DNA from: Rhizodiscina lignyota
Lineage: Eukaryota
Assembly: GCA_010015805.1 (NCBI GenBank)
Contig: ML978126.1
Coordinates: 558,001-622,000 of the forward strand
DNA: 64,000 bases
Reading direction: 5' to 3'
Each line of letters starts with the position of its first letter. Within the stretch, counting starts at the first letter, position 1. This document shows positions 61,003 through 64,000 of the stretch, in pieces. The notes below the pieces were generated by a model. That model was not told where the DNA came from. It saw only the letters and a program-made list of their open reading frames with translations, and searched no databases. The position numbers and the translations under genes were made by a program.

Positions 61003-61300
61003 ATGATCAAATATGCACTCGCTAGCGCCGGAGAAGCAGACTCGTTTCTGCTGCGTGCATTCAAACTTCACATGGAACCTCGATGGAGTGGACCGGTACC
61101 TGTTGGCGAAGATGTTACCCCACGGACGGTCAGCAGTTTTGCAGGACTTGAGTACAGGGAAAGAGATTTGGCCGGCACGCGATCAATAATTTGAAAGTCC
61201 ACTGTGTTCGTGAACGCCATCTGCATGGACCAAATTGAAGGCCAATCCAAGAAGTAAATCCCGACGTATGGGGAAATCTCGCGAGCGAAGAATCATCAGA
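61003..61300 (+). pseudogene. Probable heterokaryon-incompatibility (HET) domain relic
   Basis: The frame continues past TGA 61192-61194 as KSTVFVNAICMDQIEGQSKK*IPTYGEI, resembling the HET signature WIDAICINQ...EK..QV..M..IY. Confidence 0.45.
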
Positions 61301-64000
61301 CCATCGCGACCCGCAATTTGTTCCAGAATGGATCCAGGGGTAGGGCGGGGCTCGTATTAGAAAGGGCAGTTGGATGCTTGGCCATACACTGGTTGATTGA
61401 CTAGATATCAGAGAATTAGCAGTCACTAGTGTCTCTAATAACGAGGTCAACCAATAAGGGAAGTGTGCTGGCAAGTGAGTGACAAAAGAATCGAGTCGTA
61501 GCTACAATATATCGAACCGCGAGGCTGCACATCCTCGTCGGTCAATAGATTATATATAGTAAAGCTGCGTATTTAGGACGAATACTGACTGGTGGATATC
61601 AAATCAAAGTTTCAGAGATGGTCTTCTTTGTGCTGAAGAATGAAACTCGGGCTTACTGTAGCCGTTTAGTTAATCGACCTGTGAGGATGTAGTTCTTCTC
61701 CAGTCAATACAGATCATATACACTGAAGCTACTTATTTTGGGCAGAGACTGATTGGTGGATATTCAATGGAGCTTTCAGAGATCCTCTCCTGCGCGCAGA
61801 AGAATAAAACTTGACCTTGCCAGAGATATACAGTTAATTAGGCTCAGCAATTGTGTCACACCGGTAGCTAGCAAGATTCGAGGATGTGCGAGCGTAAGAG
61901 GCCTACAACGACGTTTCCTTTCCACGACAACAAGAAGCAAACCCTCTAAGGTAGACTTAGCAAGCTGCTCCTTAATCACCTCGAATGCGAACTTACGAAT
62001 GCGCGGAAGCTTCTTGGAGTGCTGAAGACAATTATAATAGAGCAGCGCTGTACGCCGTTTGCTCGCTGAAAACCAGCTCCGTCGTAGACGCGAATGACAG
62101 GCGCTCGCTAGATATGTCGTGCCGCTGACGTCGCCGCACACTGCAGTAGCTCGAGGTGTCCCTTGGTTGGCCTGTCCCATGAAGTCGGACCGTAAATCGT
62201 ACCTAAGGCAGATACCCGCGTCACACGGTCACAGTCGTCCCATGCCACGATACATATATTGAGCAACAACAAACATCCCAGCTCCAGCGCTGCGTCTCAT
62301 ATCTCGGGACGCGCTGCAGTCTGTAAGCAATCAGCCGCGACCATAGAACAACGCGCGAGGCTAAGAATGCAGCAGGCTTGCATTGCTGGGTGCTCGCTGC
62401 CCAAGCAAGGCGTGTGCTGCGGACGTGACGGAGACGACAGAAGGAAAGAGTCAGAAGAATGAGATAAATGTCGTGGAACGTCACTTAGCCGGGCTCTTAA
62501 GACAGTCAGCCAACTCTCAGCGCCACGGTGCGTGCGTGTGTAATTGAAAGACGAGCTTGAGAGGCATGAGACGGCGGCTTTCCATCTTGACGATGGTTGG
62601 ACTTACACGTGGCATTGCATATCACGCCTGCCCGAGAGATGCCCAACGCCGAGCAAAAGCGCACGCTGATGGGACGAAACGGCGGCGCATGCTGGACTAA
62701 GCTGCCATACATGCACACGTTGGGCCTCGATTGAAAAAATAGAAAAGTGGTGATTACATGGGTGAGCGTGAAAAATGAGGCTCCAGAATTTTCGCCGGGT
62801 AAGGCGTGCAGTGGGAAAGGCATTGACCGCCCTCGAGACGAATGACTGTTCGCACAGTGGAATAAATAGCACACGAGTCCTCGAAATTGCGTCTGTAGAC
62901 TTCAATTCAAACTTACCACTCAATTGCTGCTGCGTCCTGCACCGTCCGCTAGCACTCCGTCCAGCAGCTGGCTAGCGATTGCACGACGTCTGTTCCGGAT
63001 GTATTTGCCCAAAGCTTCATATCGACTTCGCAGATACAGATACCGGCGGGCCATCGAGCGAATAACGTGAACTGGCGGGGCTGATTGGACTGGCGCACAG
63101 TGTCCTCTGGAGCGCTGTCCCTGTCACTGCTGGGGTTGGCACTCAGGCGTTGTGGCGAGCGCTGCCCGAAGCCGACTCGAAAACGACTCGAACACTTCCT
63201 CTTGCGGAGCCTCTGCCACCCTGAGCGGCTTCAGGAGGCCTATATCAAGCCTCCATTTGGATTAGGGCGTGGTGGTGTCCGGGCTGGATCGAGAAGCTTC
63301 TCTCCAATCTCCGGCACTGCGCTCCACGTCTCCTTGCCGGTACGTATCCAATGCCCATCAGTATCGCGAGGCGCATCTCGTGCAGCAAGAGTCGTCATCT
63401 TACGCTGACCCTGCCAGCAGCGCCCTATCCCCATCCTATCCCAGGCCTTGCGGCAGAGCAGGATCCGCAGGCATTCACAGTGCTCAGTCGCGGCACGCAA
63501 GGGCAGCGCGAAGCTTGAGTATATCATTGTCGCTAGCGCCGCCTCCCGAGCCAAGGAGCGAGAGCGAGTGGAATTCGGGGCCCCTTATTTGCGCGCAGTT
63601 AGTTGTGGCCTGGTATTGTTAAGCCAGCCGCCGCCTCATTTCGTCTCGCGCGCCCGACGCTCGTCGCTGCAGAGGCCCACTCGACTTCCCCACCAGCAAA
63701 CCTCTCTCAATCCCCCTCCTGACGCACTTCTTCGCACGTCCATCCATTGACTCCTTCACCTTCACTCCTCCTGTCGCCGCCACCCCAAACAGCAGCGTGC
63801 CTCCAGGTCTGGCAGCGCATCCTTGCCTTGCTTCGGCCTGTTTCTCGCGCAGACGAGGGGCCGCTCACCGTCCACTCACACCACGCGCCCGCGCCCTCTG
63901 AGACACGCCTCTGCCATCAGCCAACACAGCAGAAACACCTCCCCTGAGCACTGGCCAAAGCCGACGAGCAGCGAAATCCGCCTGCGCCATCTCAACCACT

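Noticed and set aside
62200..64000. ncRNA or gene in the terminal 1.8 kb (e.g. GCCCAACG...CGTTGGGC stem, 62641-62725)
   Set aside because: Only short stems; no tRNA, snRNA or telomerase-template signature. The pyrimidine-rich end resembles the leader of a gene beyond the window.

Overview
Gene-dense genomic DNA from a filamentous ascomycete (Pezizomycotina; short GT-AG introns with CTRAY branch sites, RIP-like relics; exact class not determinable here). I can support 22 intact or near-intact protein genes: SHR3, an AAA ATPase, a Zn2Cys6-like TF with an internal cluster, a Pho80/Pcl-family cyclin, a WW + PhoD-like protein, TRM140/ABP140, COQ10, two Dal5/ACS-family MFS transporters around an aldo-keto reductase, two GFA/CENP-V proteins, a Cys-rich type I membrane protein, a C2-domain protein, a divergent RTA1 / Zn2Cys6 pair, ECM29, PRP28, ERD1, a CCX-type cation/Ca2+ exchanger and two tandem F-box-like paralogues. 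Other features are a RIP-like relic island (~19.5-21.1 kb), a compound 11-bp minisatellite (52.75-53.14 kb) and a probable HET-domain relic (~61.0-61.3 kb). I recognised no rRNA, tRNA, CRISPR array or intact transposon. The strongest leads are: (i) the intron splitting the Zn cluster of the RTA1-linked TF ends in AT, not AG; (ii) the F-box-like pair shares a 57-nt upstream block (49/57 identical) although the proteins have diverged; (iii) an enzyme-like motif set lies behind the C2 domain. All calls come from reading by eye, with no database searches, and I cannot demonstrate a wholly new multi-gene system.
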